The notes beneath the pieces were generated by a model, which was not told where the DNA came from, did not search any database, and saw only the letters and a list, made by a program, of their open reading frames with translations. The position numbers were made by a program, and so were the translations under genes. DNA of 64,000 nt, from positions 7,868 to 71,867 of the forward strand of contig CAZMOF010000001.1 of NCBI GenBank assembly GCA_964567905.1, in the 5' to 3' direction. The DNA comes from an uncultured Aquiluna sp. GTDB lineage: Bacteria; Actinomycetota; Actinomycetes; Actinomycetales; Microbacteriaceae. Below, one piece after another: positions 1 to 10,949 of the stretch (the stretch's first letter is position 1; each line of letters opens with the position of its first letter).

Positions 1-295
1 AGCTTCTGCCGAAGTTATGGCCGCTGGTCTAGATGTGATTTTGAATGACCCACAGGTCAAGAGTGTTTTCGTGAACGTATTCGGTGGCATCACGGCGTGC
101 GATGCTGTTGCCAATGGAATCGTTGGGGCACTAAACACCCTCGGTGCAAAAGCCACAAAGCCTTTGGTGGTAAGGCTTGATGGCAACAATGTTGATGAGG
201 GAAGACGGATTCTCAAGGAATTCAACCACCCGCTAGTTAGCTTGGCCGAGACTATGGATGACGGTGCTGATCAGGCTGCGAAGTTGGCGAGCTAG
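1..295 (+). CDS. sucC: Succinyl-CoA synthetase beta subunit (3' part, truncated by window start)
   Basis: C-terminal ligase motifs [11 protein letters not shown] and VVRLDGNN; directly upstream of sucD. Confidence 0.95.
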   Translation, partial: ASAEVMAAGLDVILNDPQVKSVFVNVFGGITACDAVANGIVGALNTLGAKATKPLVVRLDGNNVDEGRRILKEFNHPLVSLAETMDDGADQAAKLAS

Positions 296-305
296 GAGAT
301 AAGAC

Positions 306-1193
306 ATGGCAATTTACTTAGACGCAAACTCCAAGATTATTGTTCAGGGAATGACCGGTGCTGAAGGAATGAAGCACACTCGACGGATGCTCGAGGGCGG
401 CAGCAACATTGTTGGGGGTGTGAACCCAAAGAAAGCTGGCGAGAGCGTTGATGTTGGTGGGAAGTTACTACCAGTTTTTGGTTCAGTGAAAGAGGCCATG
501 GAGAAGACCGGGGCAAATGTCAGCGTGATTTTTGTGCCACCTGCTTTTGCTAAGTCGGCAATCATCGAAGCAATCGATGCTGAGATTCCACTAGCGGTTG
601 CGATAACCGAGGGAATACCTGTTCATGATTCAGCGACAGCATGGGCCTACAACGTTGAAAAAGGAAAAAAGACCAGACTGATTGGACCAAACTGCCCTGG
701 GATTATTTCTCCGGGACAATCTAACGCTGGAATCACCCCTTCCAACATCACAGGAAGAGGACCCATCGGGTTGGTATCTAAGTCAGGAACTCTGACATAT
801 CAAATGATGTTCGAGCTACGCGACATCGGATTCTCGACTGCCATTGGCATTGGGGGAGATCCGGTTATTGGAACCACTCACATCGATGCGCTAGAGGCAT
901 TCCAGAGTGACCCAGAGACCAAGGCCATTGTCCTGATTGGTGAAATTGGTGGCGATTCCGAGGAAAAAGCTGCCGCATACATCGCTAAGCATGTGACGAA
1001 ACCAGTTGTTGCCTATGTTGCTGGCTTCACAGCTCCCGAGGGCAAAACCATGGGTCACGCTGGCGCAATTGTTTCGGGATCCGCTGGCACTGCCCAAGCT
1101 AAAAAAGAGGCTTTCGAGGCGGTCGGCGTAAAGGTTGGAAAGACACCCAGCGAGACTGCACAGCTAATGCGGGAAATTATTAGCAAGCTGTAA
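306..1193 (+). CDS. sucD: Succinyl-CoA synthetase alpha subunit
   Basis: [16 protein letters not shown], phospho-His motif MGHAGAI; SD GGAG upstream. Confidence 0.97.
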   Translation: MAIYLDANSKIIVQGMTGAEGMKHTRRMLEGGSNIVGGVNPKKAGESVDVGGKLLPVFGSVKEAMEKTGANVSVIFVPPAFAKSAIIEAIDAEIPLAVAITEGIPVHDSATAWAYNVEKGKKTRLIGPNCPGIISPGQSNAGITPSNITGRGPIGLVSKSGTLTYQMMFELRDIGFSTAIGIGGDPVIGTTHIDALEAFQSDPETKAIVLIGEIGGDSEEKAAAYIAKHVTKPVVAYVAGFTAPEGKTMGHAGAIVSGSAGTAQAKKEAFEAVGVKVGKTPSETAQLMREIISKL

Positions 1194-1196
1194 CAC

Positions 1197-2441
1197 GTGA
1201 ACCGCGCTTTCAGCTTTGCCATAGCAGCGCTCCAGGCGCTCATAGTTATTGCCTCGGCGGTGGGGTTAGTGGTTGCCCCGCTCACTCTCGCTTGGTTTGT
1301 CGAGGGTGATGGATCGGTTGATTGGTCAGTAACTTTGCAAGTCGCAATCTTTGCCTTTTTGCTAGCGACCGGTGTTCCAATTCAGATTTCTGCGGGTGAA
1401 ATCGTTGGAATTGAATTTGATAGTTTCCAGATTGCCTTTTTGCCACTCGGGTTGACTCTGATGATGGCACTGATGGTAATTCGAATAGGACACAGACTTT
1501 CCTCTACCTCATCACTTTGGCCAGCATGGCTATCAGGTGCAATTACTTTTGGGGGAGCTTCCTATTTGCTATCTCTAATCGCGGGTAATGAAGCAGCCGT
1601 GGTTTCGGAATGGGATCCTCTGTTTAGACCGGCACTCTTTTTCGGCGGCCTGTTGTTTATCTCTTCAGTTGTGGGAAAAAGGTTTGAATTAGTGAGCGGC
1701 TCAAATCCTCCTGAAGCACCAGAGAGAATTTGGGTACGCGAGCGTTTCAAAAATGTCCTTGCAAATCTGCACTGGAGTATTTCTACCGCAGCGATACCGG
1801 CACTACGAATTGGAACTTCCGTCATGGTAATTCTGGTGTTGTTTTCCTCGCTACTAATTGGGGTGGCGCTGGCAGCAGGATGGATCGAGGTGCTGAGGCT
1901 CTATCAAGCACTCAGCCTCAGTCTTCTTGGTGGGTTGGTTTTGACGCTCGGGCAGCTCGCGCTGCTACCAAATCTGATTGTCTACGGAGCGGCATGGATC
2001 AGCGGTGCAGGTTTTGCAATCGGAGCTGGTTCCTACGTTTCGCCTTTGGCTTCGCAGCTTGGTCCACTGCCGGCACTTCCTCTATTTGCTGCACTTCCCA
2101 CAGGGGGTTTTGACAGAGGAATAATCTTTGCGTTGATACCGATCATCAGCTCCTTGGTAGTGACGCTCGCGGCACGAAAATCGCTCGATCGTATGCGATG
2201 GGAATTTGCCACAGCTTTCTCTGCAGCTTCAGTTCTTTCAGCTCTCTCGGCATTCGTTGCAGCAGCTATTGCCTTTGTTCTTGCCAGTTTGGCAAGCGGC
2301 AGTCTCGGACCGGGAAGGTTCGTGGAGGTAGGAGTTAACCCTTGGATGTTTTCCCTGGTTATCTTCCTTGAGGTACTGATTCCTGTCTTCCTAGTTTCTC
2401 TAGTGGTAGCTCGTCCTCGCAGTGAAGCTGGGCGAAAGTAG
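1197..2441 (+). CDS. Polytopic membrane protein, DUF6350/PerM-like
   Basis: About 10 hydrophobic segments, motifs GPLPALPLFAALP and SGSLGPGRF; the sucD-X-purN position matches actinobacterial PerM synteny. Confidence 0.75.
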   Translation: MNRAFSFAIAALQALIVIASAVGLVVAPLTLAWFVEGDGSVDWSVTLQVAIFAFLLATGVPIQISAGEIVGIEFDSFQIAFLPLGLTLMMALMVIRIGHRLSSTSSLWPAWLSGAITFGGASYLLSLIAGNEAAVVSEWDPLFRPALFFGGLLFISSVVGKRFELVSGSNPPEAPERIWVRERFKNVLANLHWSISTAAIPALRIGTSVMVILVLFSSLLIGVALAAGWIEVLRLYQALSLSLLGGLVLTLGQLALLPNLIVYGAAWISGAGFAIGAGSYVSPLASQLGPLPALPLFAALPTGGFDRGIIFALIPIISSLVVTLAARKSLDRMRWEFATAFSAASVLSALSAFVAAAIAFVLASLASGSLGPGRFVEVGVNPWMFSLVIFLEVLIPVFLVSLVVARPRSEAGRK

Positions 2442-2450
2442 ACTTTGCCC

Positions 2451-3038
2451 GTGCTCACAATTGTTGCTTTGGCCTCAGGTGGTGGGTCGAATCTGCGGGC
2501 ACTGCTTGAAGCTTGCGATAACCCTCTCTTCCCAGCTCGGATTCGCGCAGTTGGCTCCGATAGGCCAGCTAAAGCGCTCGAGCATGCCGAACAGTTTTCT
2601 GTTCCAACTTTTGTTCTAGAGCCTGAGAAATTCAGCAATCGGGACCAGTGGGCCGATCTCCTTCTGAGATCAATTGAGTTTCACAAGCCAGATCTTGTTG
2701 TCCTTGCGGGATTCATGCGCATTCTGCCTAGGTCCGTCGTCGATGCTCTTTCTCCCAAAATAATCAACATTCATCCATCACTGCTTCCTGCATTCCCCGG
2801 TGCTCATGCTGTTAGAGATGCCTTGGCAGCTGGTGCGCACGTTACAGGAGCAACTGTTCACATCGTTGACAATGGTGTGGATACAGGACCAGTTATTGCT
2901 CAGACGGAGGTACCGATTCCAGCGGGAATTAGTGAAGCCGAGCTACATGACTTGATTCGAGAAGTTGAAAGAAAACAACTCATCGAGGTGGTTCTGGGTA
3001 TCGCCGAGGGACGGTTGAAGCTGGGGGAGATCAAGTGA
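2451..3038 (+). CDS. purN: Phosphoribosylglycinamide formyltransferase
   Basis: [35 protein letters not shown]; start moved from TTG 2445 to GTG 2451 because TAGACT lies 6 nt upstream (leaderless geometry). Confidence 0.95.
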   Translation: MLTIVALASGGGSNLRALLEACDNPLFPARIRAVGSDRPAKALEHAEQFSVPTFVLEPEKFSNRDQWADLLLRSIEFHKPDLVVLAGFMRILPRSVVDALSPKIINIHPSLLPAFPGAHAVRDALAAGAHVTGATVHIVDNGVDTGPVIAQTEVPIPAGISEAELHDLIREVERKQLIEVVLGIAEGRLKLGEIK

Positions 3039-4561
3039 CAAAGATTAAGCGGGCCCTGATTTCGGTTTCGAATAAAGCTGGGTTAGTTGAATTTGCAAGA
3101 GATCTACACAGCCTTGGTATTGAAATTGTTTCGACCGGCTCCACAGCAAAGGAAATAGCAGAAGCTGGTATTCCAGTAACACAGGTAAGCAGCGTCACCG
3201 GATTTCCAGAATCTCTTGATGGCCGAGTCAAGACCCTGCACCCGAGCATTCACGGTGGCATTCTTGCTGATGTCCGCAAGGACTCACACAAAAACCAGCT
3301 AGCTGAATTAGGTATTTCTCCATTTGAGCTAGTGGTTGTAAATCTTTATCCCTTTGTTGAAACAGTTAAATCGGGAGCTTCTTTCGAAGACACTGTTGAG
3401 CAAATTGATGTTGGGGGACCAGCCATGGTTAGAGCGGCGGCTAAAAATCATGCAAACGTTGCGGTTGTGGTTGACCCTGCTAGGTATGCCGAGGTTGTAA
3501 GGCAAATCAAAGAAGGCGGAATTAGTGCGGACTTTCGCAAAGACCTGGCACTTCAAGCCTTTAGACACACCGCTGCTTACGACTCAGCAATCGCCAGTTG
3601 GTTAAGCGGCCAAGATCAGTTGAATCTATCCTTCAGCAAAAAATCCGATCTTCGCTACGGCGAGAACGCACACCAGCCAGCGACTCTTTACGCAGATGGT
3701 TCAGGCGGCGGTTTGGCAGGTGCCGAGCAGTTGAGCGGAAAAGAAATGTCGTTTAACAATTACGTGGATGTTGAGGCGGCCCTTCGGGCAGCATATGACT
3801 TTGATCAGCCGGCTGTTGCCATTATCAAACATGCCAATCCCTGCGGCATTGCAGTTGCTGATGACGGTGCGAAAGATGCAATTCTCTCTGCATACCAGAA
3901 AGCTCATGCAACCGATCCAGTTTCTGCGTATGGAGGCGTTATCGCAGCTAACCGAACAGTAACTGAAGATATGGCCAGGGCGGTTTCCGAAGTCTTCACC
4001 GAGGCCATAGTTAGTCGTGATTATGAACCAGCTGCACTGGAGATACTGAGAAAAAAGAAGAATCTTCGGATTCTCAAGTTAGCGAGCGACTACCAACTGC
4101 CAGAGATAGAAATTCGCCAGATTTCTGGAGGATTACTGGCCCAAGCGCCGGATTCCTTTGCAGATTTGGACGTAACTAAATGGCAATTGGTTAGCGGAAA
4201 GCCTGCTGATCAAAAAACCCTTGCTGATCTCGAGTTTGCCTGGCGAGCAGTTCGTGCCGTGAAGTCAAACGCAATTGTCTTAGCAACAAACCTTGCTGCT
4301 GTAGGCATAGGTATGGGCCAAGTCAATCGATTGGATTCATGTCGGTTGGCAGTTAGTAGAGCTGGTGACCGGGCAAAATCATCTGTTGCCGCATCAGATG
4401 CCTTCTTTCCATTTGCCGATGGCTTAGAGGTACTGATCTCAGCGGGAGTAAAAGCTGTTGTTCAACCTGGAGGTAGCGTCAGAGACGAAGAAGTAATCGA
4501 AGCTGCGAAGTCGGCCGGCTTGATTATGTATTTCACTGGCGAAAGACATTTCTTTCACTAG
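3035..4561 (+). CDS. purH: Bifunctional AICAR transformylase/IMP cyclohydrolase
   Basis: [42 protein letters not shown]. Confidence 0.97.
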   Translation: MTKIKRALISVSNKAGLVEFARDLHSLGIEIVSTGSTAKEIAEAGIPVTQVSSVTGFPESLDGRVKTLHPSIHGGILADVRKDSHKNQLAELGISPFELVVVNLYPFVETVKSGASFEDTVEQIDVGGPAMVRAAAKNHANVAVVVDPARYAEVVRQIKEGGISADFRKDLALQAFRHTAAYDSAIASWLSGQDQLNLSFSKKSDLRYGENAHQPATLYADGSGGGLAGAEQLSGKEMSFNNYVDVEAALRAAYDFDQPAVAIIKHANPCGIAVADDGAKDAILSAYQKAHATDPVSAYGGVIAANRTVTEDMARAVSEVFTEAIVSRDYEPAALEILRKKKNLRILKLASDYQLPEIEIRQISGGLLAQAPDSFADLDVTKWQLVSGKPADQKTLADLEFAWRAVRAVKSNAIVLATNLAAVGIGMGQVNRLDSCRLAVSRAGDRAKSSVAASDAFFPFADGLEVLISAGVKAVVQPGGSVRDEEVIEAAKSAGLIMYFTGERHFFH

Positions 4562-4585
4562 TAATTTCTTCCGTTACAGAACTGC

Positions 4586-4616
4586 TAGTCTGTAGGGCTG
4601 GCCTGAGCCAGCGGAG
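4586..4616 (+). promoter_or_regulatory. Putative promoter (-10 TAGTCT) with a 5' leader hairpin and SD for the ABC exporter pair
   Basis: TAGTCT 4586-4591, then hairpin GCTGGC-ctga-GCCAGC and GGAG before ATG 4623. Confidence 0.45.
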
Positions 4617-4622
4617 TGGTGA

Positions 4623-6398
4623 ATGTCTAATTCCGAAAAAGGAACCTTCAAGGTCCTTCTGCGGCTGGTGCCGTATGCGAAGAAAGCCTTACCCAGAATT
4701 CTGCTGGGTGTTGTTGCTGCAATCGCTGCCCACATGTTTGCTCTTGCCATCCCGCAGTTTCTTCAGGGTCTTGTTAACTCTCTAGTTGAGGGCGGTTTAG
4801 ATGCGCTGCTCCCGGCGGTTGGGTTGATTGTCCTTCTAGGTTTAGCCGAAGCAGTTTTTGTTCTCCTCAGGCGCTGGTTGGTGCTGACACCTGGCACGCA
4901 CATGGAAGCAGGGATGCGCAACACTCTCTATGAGAAGTTGCAGGACCTGCCGGTTTCGTTTCATGATCGTTGGCCTTCGGGGCAGCTACTTTCAAGAGCT
5001 ATTTCTGACTTAAATCTCATCAGACGTTGGCTGAGTTTTGGTTTTGTGCTCTTTACGGCAAATCTCATCACCATCATTGTTGGGCTTGTAATTCTCTTCA
5101 CCTTCAGCTTCTGGCTTGGACTAATTTTCTTTATCACCACAATCCCTATTTGGATTGCTGGCTTCATGTTTGAAGAAAAATACAAAGTTGTTGCCAGACT
5201 CAGTCAGGACCAGTCTGGAGATTTGGCTACACGTGTTGAAGAAGCTGTCCATGGTGTAAGAGTTCTGAAATCTTTCGGCCGTGGAGCGTTCGCAGCTGGT
5301 CAGTTTGCCTCACAGGCAACAGAGCTAAGGTCAACTGAACTTCGCAAAGCACGAGCGGTTGCAAATATATGGCTGTATCTAATTTTGATTCCAGAAATAG
5401 CCATTGGTTTCTCCATGCTCGCTGGAATTTGGCTCGTTGCTGAAGATCAGCTCTCGGTGGGTAGTTTGGTGGCTTTTTTTGCAACCGCTATGGTGCTTCG
5501 TTGGCCAACTGAGTCTCTTGGCTTCTTGCTTGGATTCACTCTTGAAGCTAAGACAGCTGCCGAACGATTCTTCGAGGTAATGGATAGCGAGAACAAGATT
5601 GTTGATCCAGCCACATCAAAGAAAATCCAAAGCCCCAAGGGACTGCTCGAGTTCCACGATGTGCATTTCCGTTACCCAGATACTCCAGCTGAGGTCGCTG
5701 ATTTACTCAAGGGTGTAAACCTTCGAATTGAACCGGGCGAGTCCGTGGCTCTAATTGGGTTGACGGGCTGCGGTAAGACAACACTGACTGCACTAACAAC
5801 CAGGCTCTATGACGTTACTGGTGGCTCCATAACAATTGATGGCGTTGATGTTCGCGATCTGACGAGGCAAGAGCTCAGAAGTTTGATTGCCATGGCCTTT
5901 GAAGATGCCACCTTATTCTCGTCCTCGGTTAGAGAAAACGTCCTGCTCGGAAATCCTGATGCCACAGACGAGGATCTGAAGCAAGCTATTGAGATAGCGC
6001 AGGCGCAATTTGCCTACGACCTTCCTAACGGACTGGATACCACCATCGGCGAAGAGGGCCTTTCGCTCTCAGGAGGCCAGAGACAGCGAATTGCTCTAGC
6101 GAGAGCGGTTGCAGCAAAGCCGAGAATCCTGGTGCTAGACGATCCGCTATCAGCGCTAGATGTTGATACCGAAGCAATGGTTGAGGATGCATTAAGGCAT
6201 GTTCTCAAAGAGACCACGGCTCTGATTGTTGCTCATCGCCCTTCAACCGTCATGCTGGCTGACCGGGTTGCTCTTTTGGAAGATGGTCGAATAACTGCCT
6301 TTGGAACTCACCAGGAACTATTGAAGTCATCTGAGCACTACCGATATGTGATCACTTCTCTTGACATAGAGCAAAAAGAGCGGGAGGTGAACCTATGA
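4623..6398 (+). CDS. Heterodimeric ABC exporter, TMD-NBD subunit 1
   Basis: 6-TM N-terminal domain, Walker [14 protein letters not shown], degenerate Walker B ILVLDD. Confidence 0.9.
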   Translation: MSNSEKGTFKVLLRLVPYAKKALPRILLGVVAAIAAHMFALAIPQFLQGLVNSLVEGGLDALLPAVGLIVLLGLAEAVFVLLRRWLVLTPGTHMEAGMRNTLYEKLQDLPVSFHDRWPSGQLLSRAISDLNLIRRWLSFGFVLFTANLITIIVGLVILFTFSFWLGLIFFITTIPIWIAGFMFEEKYKVVARLSQDQSGDLATRVEEAVHGVRVLKSFGRGAFAAGQFASQATELRSTELRKARAVANIWLYLILIPEIAIGFSMLAGIWLVAEDQLSVGSLVAFFATAMVLRWPTESLGFLLGFTLEAKTAAERFFEVMDSENKIVDPATSKKIQSPKGLLEFHDVHFRYPDTPAEVADLLKGVNLRIEPGESVALIGLTGCGKTTLTALTTRLYDVTGGSITIDGVDVRDLTRQELRSLIAMAFEDATLFSSSVRENVLLGNPDATDEDLKQAIEIAQAQFAYDLPNGLDTTIGEEGLSLSGGQRQRIALARAVAAKPRILVLDDPLSALDVDTEAMVEDALRHVLKETTALIVAHRPSTVMLADRVALLEDGRITAFGTHQELLKSSEHYRYVITSLDIEQKEREVNL

Positions 6399-8200
6399 GT
6401 ATGTTCGGCACGAATGATGAGGAACGCACAGAACTCACCAAAGAGGAATCCCGCTACGTTCGCCAAAGATCAAGAAAACTACTTGGCTCTCTAATTCTGC
6501 CGATGCGAGCCAAGATTCTTATCGCAGTTGCTCTCGGAATAGTCTCCACCGCCATTCGTGTGGCTGGCCCGGCACTTATTGCCCTTGGCATTGACTGGGC
6601 ATTACCAAGAGCAATCCTTCGTGATTATGACGAGCTCTGGATTGTCGTAATCTGCTATCTCTCTGCTGCAGTTTCGACATCTTTGCTGACCTACCTATTC
6701 CTAATGCTTTCCGCTCGCCTTTCGCAGGCCATGCTCTTTGACTTGCGCAATCGAATGTTCGTTCACACCCAGAAGCTTTCTGTTGAGTTCCATGAGCGGT
6801 ACACCGCAGGAAGAGTGATTGCCCGACAGACATCGGACCTGGAGTCAATCGCAGAGCTACTATCCGGAGGACTTAACGAGCTTGTAATTGGAGGTCTATT
6901 TATGACCTTCACTGCGGTTGCTCTTTTCATCTTGGATCCGCTTTCGTTCTTCATTCTTTTCGGAGCTCTTCTCCCTCTAGGAATTCTGACCCGCTGGTTC
7001 CAGGTGAAGACCAACCGGGGCTATCGACAGCAGAAAGTTGCATCCTCTCGGATGATTCAGTACTTCGTAGAAACAATGACCGGAATTCGCGCAGTAAAGG
7101 CCTTCCGTAAAGAAAAGCGCAATGAGCAGCACTTTGGTGGGCTGGTTGAGAACTACCGAAAGCACAACGCGCATCTAATTCAGCTCTTTGGGATTTATGA
7201 CCCCGGGCTGATCATGATTGGAAACCTAACGGTTGGTGCAATCCTTCTGTTTGGTGGTTACCGAGTATTAGATGGATCACTTGGTATCGGTGTTCTGACT
7301 GCGGCAATCCTCTATGCCAGAAGATTCTTTGACCCAATGGAAGAGATTGCAATCTTCTATAACTCATATCAATCCGCCGCATCAGCACTGGAAAAGATTT
7401 CTGGAGTGTTAGAGGAAGAGCCTTCAGTGCCTGAATCCCCTAACCCAGTGGCCCTCAATGATGCCAAAGGTGAAATCAAGTTTTCGGGCGTTGAGTTCAA
7501 GTACTCAACCGGGCCCGTTGTGCTGAAGAAGTTTGATTTGAATATTCCAGCTGGCCAGACAATTGCACTTGTGGGAACAACTGGTGCTGGTAAATCCACT
7601 CTTGCCAAGCTAATTGCTCGCTTCTATGACCCAAGCGATGGCAAGGTAACTATTGATCAACTGGATCTCAAAGACATTGCCAACAAAGACCTCCGACGCG
7701 AGGTTGTCATGGTCACGCAAGAGGCCTACCTCTTCTCTGGCACTGTTGCCGAAAACATTCAGTTAGGTAGACCAGGTGCTTCTATGGAAGAGGTTGTTGC
7801 TGCAGCCAAAGCGGTCGGCGCGCATGACTTCATTGAGGCTCTCCCAGAGGGCTACGACACAGACGTCAACAAGAGAGGCGGGAGAGTTTCCGCTGGACAG
7901 AGGCAGCTGATCTCCTTCGCCAGAGCGTTCTTAGCAAATCCTGCCGTCTTGATTTTGGACGAAGCCACATCTTCTCTAGACATTCCTTCTGAGCGCATGG
8001 TGCAGAAGGGCCTCAAGACTCTTCTTGCGGGAAGAACGGCCGTGATTATCGCCCACAGACTTTCTACTGTGGCAATTGCTGATCGAGTTTTGGTCATGGA
8101 GCACGGAGAGATAATCGAAGACGGTTCACCGTCAGCTCTATCTAGCGGCACTGGCAAGTTTGCCAAGCTCTATAAGGCTTGGCGAGACTCGCTGGTTTAG
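6395..8200 (+). CDS. Heterodimeric ABC exporter, TMD-NBD subunit 2
   Basis: Walker A GTTGAGKS, degenerate signature VSAGQ, Walker B LILDE; ATGA overlap with partner. Confidence 0.9.
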   Translation: MSMFGTNDEERTELTKEESRYVRQRSRKLLGSLILPMRAKILIAVALGIVSTAIRVAGPALIALGIDWALPRAILRDYDELWIVVICYLSAAVSTSLLTYLFLMLSARLSQAMLFDLRNRMFVHTQKLSVEFHERYTAGRVIARQTSDLESIAELLSGGLNELVIGGLFMTFTAVALFILDPLSFFILFGALLPLGILTRWFQVKTNRGYRQQKVASSRMIQYFVETMTGIRAVKAFRKEKRNEQHFGGLVENYRKHNAHLIQLFGIYDPGLIMIGNLTVGAILLFGGYRVLDGSLGIGVLTAAILYARRFFDPMEEIAIFYNSYQSAASALEKISGVLEEEPSVPESPNPVALNDAKGEIKFSGVEFKYSTGPVVLKKFDLNIPAGQTIALVGTTGAGKSTLAKLIARFYDPSDGKVTIDQLDLKDIANKDLRREVVMVTQEAYLFSGTVAENIQLGRPGASMEEVVAAAKAVGAHDFIEALPEGYDTDVNKRGGRVSAGQRQLISFARAFLANPAVLILDEATSSLDIPSERMVQKGLKTLLAGRTAVIIAHRLSTVAIADRVLVMEHGEIIEDGSPSALSSGTGKFAKLYKAWRDSLV

Positions 8201-9597
8201 TTTTTTGCTAGCAGGACGATAGCGCTGCTCGGACCAATGCTGGTCGAAAGCTTGCCACCTGTAATTTGGAACACCTCACCAGAAAATAGGTCTTCGTATT
8301 CGCCATCACTCAAAGTGGTAACAACATCTACCTGTGCTGCTGCGTCAAGAGAGACATTGGTAAGGAAGTAGCCCTTACCCTCTCTGGCGAATCCGTAAAC
8401 CGTTTCGTTTTGATAAATCTCAGTAACAGGTGTTCCATGAACTCGGTTCCGGAAGTCAATCATCTTGAGTGTTGATTCCCATCGGTGCTGGCAAATCCAC
8501 TCACGGTCCTCATAGAACTCTTTGGGGGCATTCGTAGCCGAGCAGTCAATTGCATCAACTTTGCCATTCGTCTCCTTTGGGCCGCCGTCATAGTCAACAA
8601 AGGCGTAGGAGGAAAAGAGCATCGGTGTTCCATAGTCTTCGGCAAGCATCATGGCCGTTGCTATCTCAAAATAGCGCGATTGACCAAAGTTGATTGCCTG
8701 ACCATTTCGCTCGGTATCGTGATTCGAGACAAAAGAAATTGCTTTTTCAGTCGGAGCATGCGAGATGTATCGCGCCTCACTATCTACATAGCCAATAACT
8801 TGGTCGACGAAGAATGCCTTCATATTCTTCGCGTAATCAAATTCCCACACTGAGCCAAGGTCAAGATACTGCTCCGGCTGAATGGGTTCGCCAGGCCCTC
8901 TAATAACTTCGAGTAGCACTACCGTTCCTTCTGGCAGAGCGGCAACAATTGGCTTTAGGTCATCGGGGGAGATGTGCTTTGCCGCATCGATTCGAAAACC
9001 CTTTGCTCCCAGCGATAGAAGATCATTCAGAAGCCCAAGAATCTTTTCCTGGACCGAGGGCAGCGAGGTATTCAAATCACTCAGGCCCAAGAGCTCACAG
9101 GTTTGAACCTGTGCCTGGTCAGCGTAACTCTGAATACTGTTGTCATAGGTCAGCTGGCAGTTGTGGAAGTCATCCTGGGTATAAAGACCTGGGTACTCGT
9201 ATTTGTTATAGCTGGTTCCACCAACTCCAATTCCTGAATAACTAGCGCTCATGTGGTTGATCACAACATCGACAATGACATCGACGCCATGCTCGGCGCA
9301 GGTAGAAACCATGTTCTGAAACTGTTCGCGATTACCAAGCCTTGATTCCAGCTGGTAGCTGACTGGTTGATACACCGTCCACCAAGCTGGCCCCTCAATG
9401 TGCTCCTGAGCAGGGGACACCAGCACCCAGTCCACGCCGCTGTTTCCGATGAATTCACATTCGTTAGCCACAGAGTCCCATGGCCACATAAACAGTTGGA
9501 GTCCAACCTGTGAATCAAATGGCTCTTCTTCGGCCGTGCAACCGACAAGAGTGATGGATGTGATTACCAGGGCTGTTAGAAATTTGACTGAGCGCAT
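8197..9597 (-). CDS. Alpha-amylase (GH13), predicted lipoprotein
   Basis: Lipobox LVGC; GH13 regions [30 protein letters not shown]; [10 protein letters not shown]. Confidence 0.9.
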   Translation of the reverse strand: MRSVKFLTALVITSITLVGCTAEEEPFDSQVGLQLFMWPWDSVANECEFIGNSGVDWVLVSPAQEHIEGPAWWTVYQPVSYQLESRLGNREQFQNMVSTCAEHGVDVIVDVVINHMSASYSGIGVGGTSYNKYEYPGLYTQDDFHNCQLTYDNSIQSYADQAQVQTCELLGLSDLNTSLPSVQEKILGLLNDLLSLGAKGFRIDAAKHISPDDLKPIVAALPEGTVVLLEVIRGPGEPIQPEQYLDLGSVWEFDYAKNMKAFFVDQVIGYVDSEARYISHAPTEKAISFVSNHDTERNGQAINFGQSRYFEIATAMMLAEDYGTPMLFSSYAFVDYDGGPKETNGKVDAIDCSATNAPKEFYEDREWICQHRWESTLKMIDFRNRVHGTPVTEIYQNETVYGFAREGKGYFLTNVSLDAAAQVDVVTTLSDGEYEDLFSGEVFQITGGKLSTSIGPSSAIVLLAKN

Positions 9598-9662
9598 CCC
9601 ACCATGCTAACCGATAGGCTAGAGGCTGCCTTTAGCGCTTCGCGCATAATTTCAGGAGCATC

Positions 9663-10880
9663 ATGAGCAAAATCAAAGTGGTTGGAAAAGTCGTAGATCT
9701 AGACGGCGATGAAATGACCAGAATCATCTGGCAGGACATCAAAGACAATCTGATTCTTCCCTTTCTAGATATTGAGATTGATTACTACGATCTTTCAATA
9801 CAAAATCGTGACGCCACCGACGATCAGGTGACCATTGATGCGGCCAAGGCCATCAAGCAGCACGGTGTCGGCGTGAAGTGCGCCACCATAACTCCAGACG
9901 AAGCTAGGGTGGCTGAGTTTGGCCTGAAGAAGATGTGGAAGAGCCCTAACGGCACCATCAGGAACATTCTTGGTGGAGTGGTCTTCCGGGAGCCGATTAT
10001 CATTTCTAACATTCCAAGACTTGTTCCCGGTTGGACTAAACCAATAGTGATTGGTCGTCACGCACACGGAGACCAATACAAGGCAACTGACTTCAAGGTT
10101 CCCGGAGCCGGCACTGTAACAATGACTTACACACCAGCTGATGGCTCAGCCCCGCAAACCATGCAGGTGGCCGAGTATCCAGCAACCGGTGGTGTTGCAA
10201 TGGGTATGTATAACTACATTGATTCGATTCGTGACTTTGCGAGATCATCATTCAACTACGGGCTTTCCCGAGGATTTCCTGTCTACATGTCAACCAAGAA
10301 CACAATCCTGAAGGCCTATGACGGCGCTTTCAAAGACACCTTCCAAGAGATTTTTGATAGTGAATACAAAGACAAGTTTGAGAAGGCGGGCCTTACCTAC
10401 GAGCATCGTCTAATTGATGACATGGTTGCCTCGGCTTTGAAGTGGGAGGGCGGATACGTCTGGGCCTGCAAGAACTATGACGGGGATGTGCAGTCAGACA
10501 CGGTTGCCCAGGGATTTGGATCTTTAGGTCTTATGACTTCTGTGCTTTCAACACCAGATGGCAACACGGCCCTAGCCGAGGCTGCGCATGGAACTGTCAC
10601 TAGGCACTACCGTCAGTGGCAGAAGGGCGAAAAAACCTCCACCAACCCAATCGCTTCGATCTTTGCATGGACCAGGGGACTGATGCACAGGGCAAAGCTT
10701 GATGGCACGCCAGAGGTCGATAAGTTTGCTCACACCCTCGAAGAGGTTGTAATCCAAACTGTCGAGGCTGGCAACATGACCAAGGATCTTGCCGTGCTGG
10801 TCGGTGATGGCCAGAAGTGGCAGACCACCGAAGAGTTCATGGCTACCCTGGCTAGCAACATGAAAGCCAGAATGGCCTAA
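9663..10880 (+). CDS. icd: NADP-dependent isocitrate dehydrogenase (dimeric, eukaryote-like type)
   Basis: [41 protein letters not shown]; SD AGGAG. Confidence 0.97.
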   Translation: MSKIKVVGKVVDLDGDEMTRIIWQDIKDNLILPFLDIEIDYYDLSIQNRDATDDQVTIDAAKAIKQHGVGVKCATITPDEARVAEFGLKKMWKSPNGTIRNILGGVVFREPIIISNIPRLVPGWTKPIVIGRHAHGDQYKATDFKVPGAGTVTMTYTPADGSAPQTMQVAEYPATGGVAMGMYNYIDSIRDFARSSFNYGLSRGFPVYMSTKNTILKAYDGAFKDTFQEIFDSEYKDKFEKAGLTYEHRLIDDMVASALKWEGGYVWACKNYDGDVQSDTVAQGFGSLGLMTSVLSTPDGNTALAEAAHGTVTRHYRQWQKGEKTSTNPIASIFAWTRGLMHRAKLDGTPEVDKFAHTLEEVVIQTVEAGNMTKDLAVLVGDGQKWQTTEEFMATLASNMKARMA

Positions 10881-10906
10881 TAAGTCCGGCCTCTTTGAGG
10901 CTGTGG

Positions 10907-10944
10907 AAAACTCCCTGCAGAAATCTGTGGGGAGTTTTACTTTT
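10907..10944 (+). terminator. Hairpin/intrinsic terminator after icd
   Basis: 14-bp stem AAAACTCCCTGCAG-aaat-CTGTGGGGAGTTTT (2 G-U pairs) followed by ACTTTT. Confidence 0.6.
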
Positions 10945-10949
10945 CCCGC

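Noticed and set aside
2033-2638. 201-aa minus-strand ORF and the many other 60-170-aa alternative-frame ORFs
   Set aside because: They lie within well-supported genes and show no recognisable motifs
4623-8200. Non-canonical Walker B (LDD) and signature (VSAGQ) motifs as signs of decay
   Set aside because: A degenerate ATP site is normal for heterodimeric ABC exporters
10902-10910. Single DnaA-box-like TGTGGAAAA
   Set aside because: Isolated, partly inside a terminator stem; no box cluster or dnaA/dnaN context for an origin
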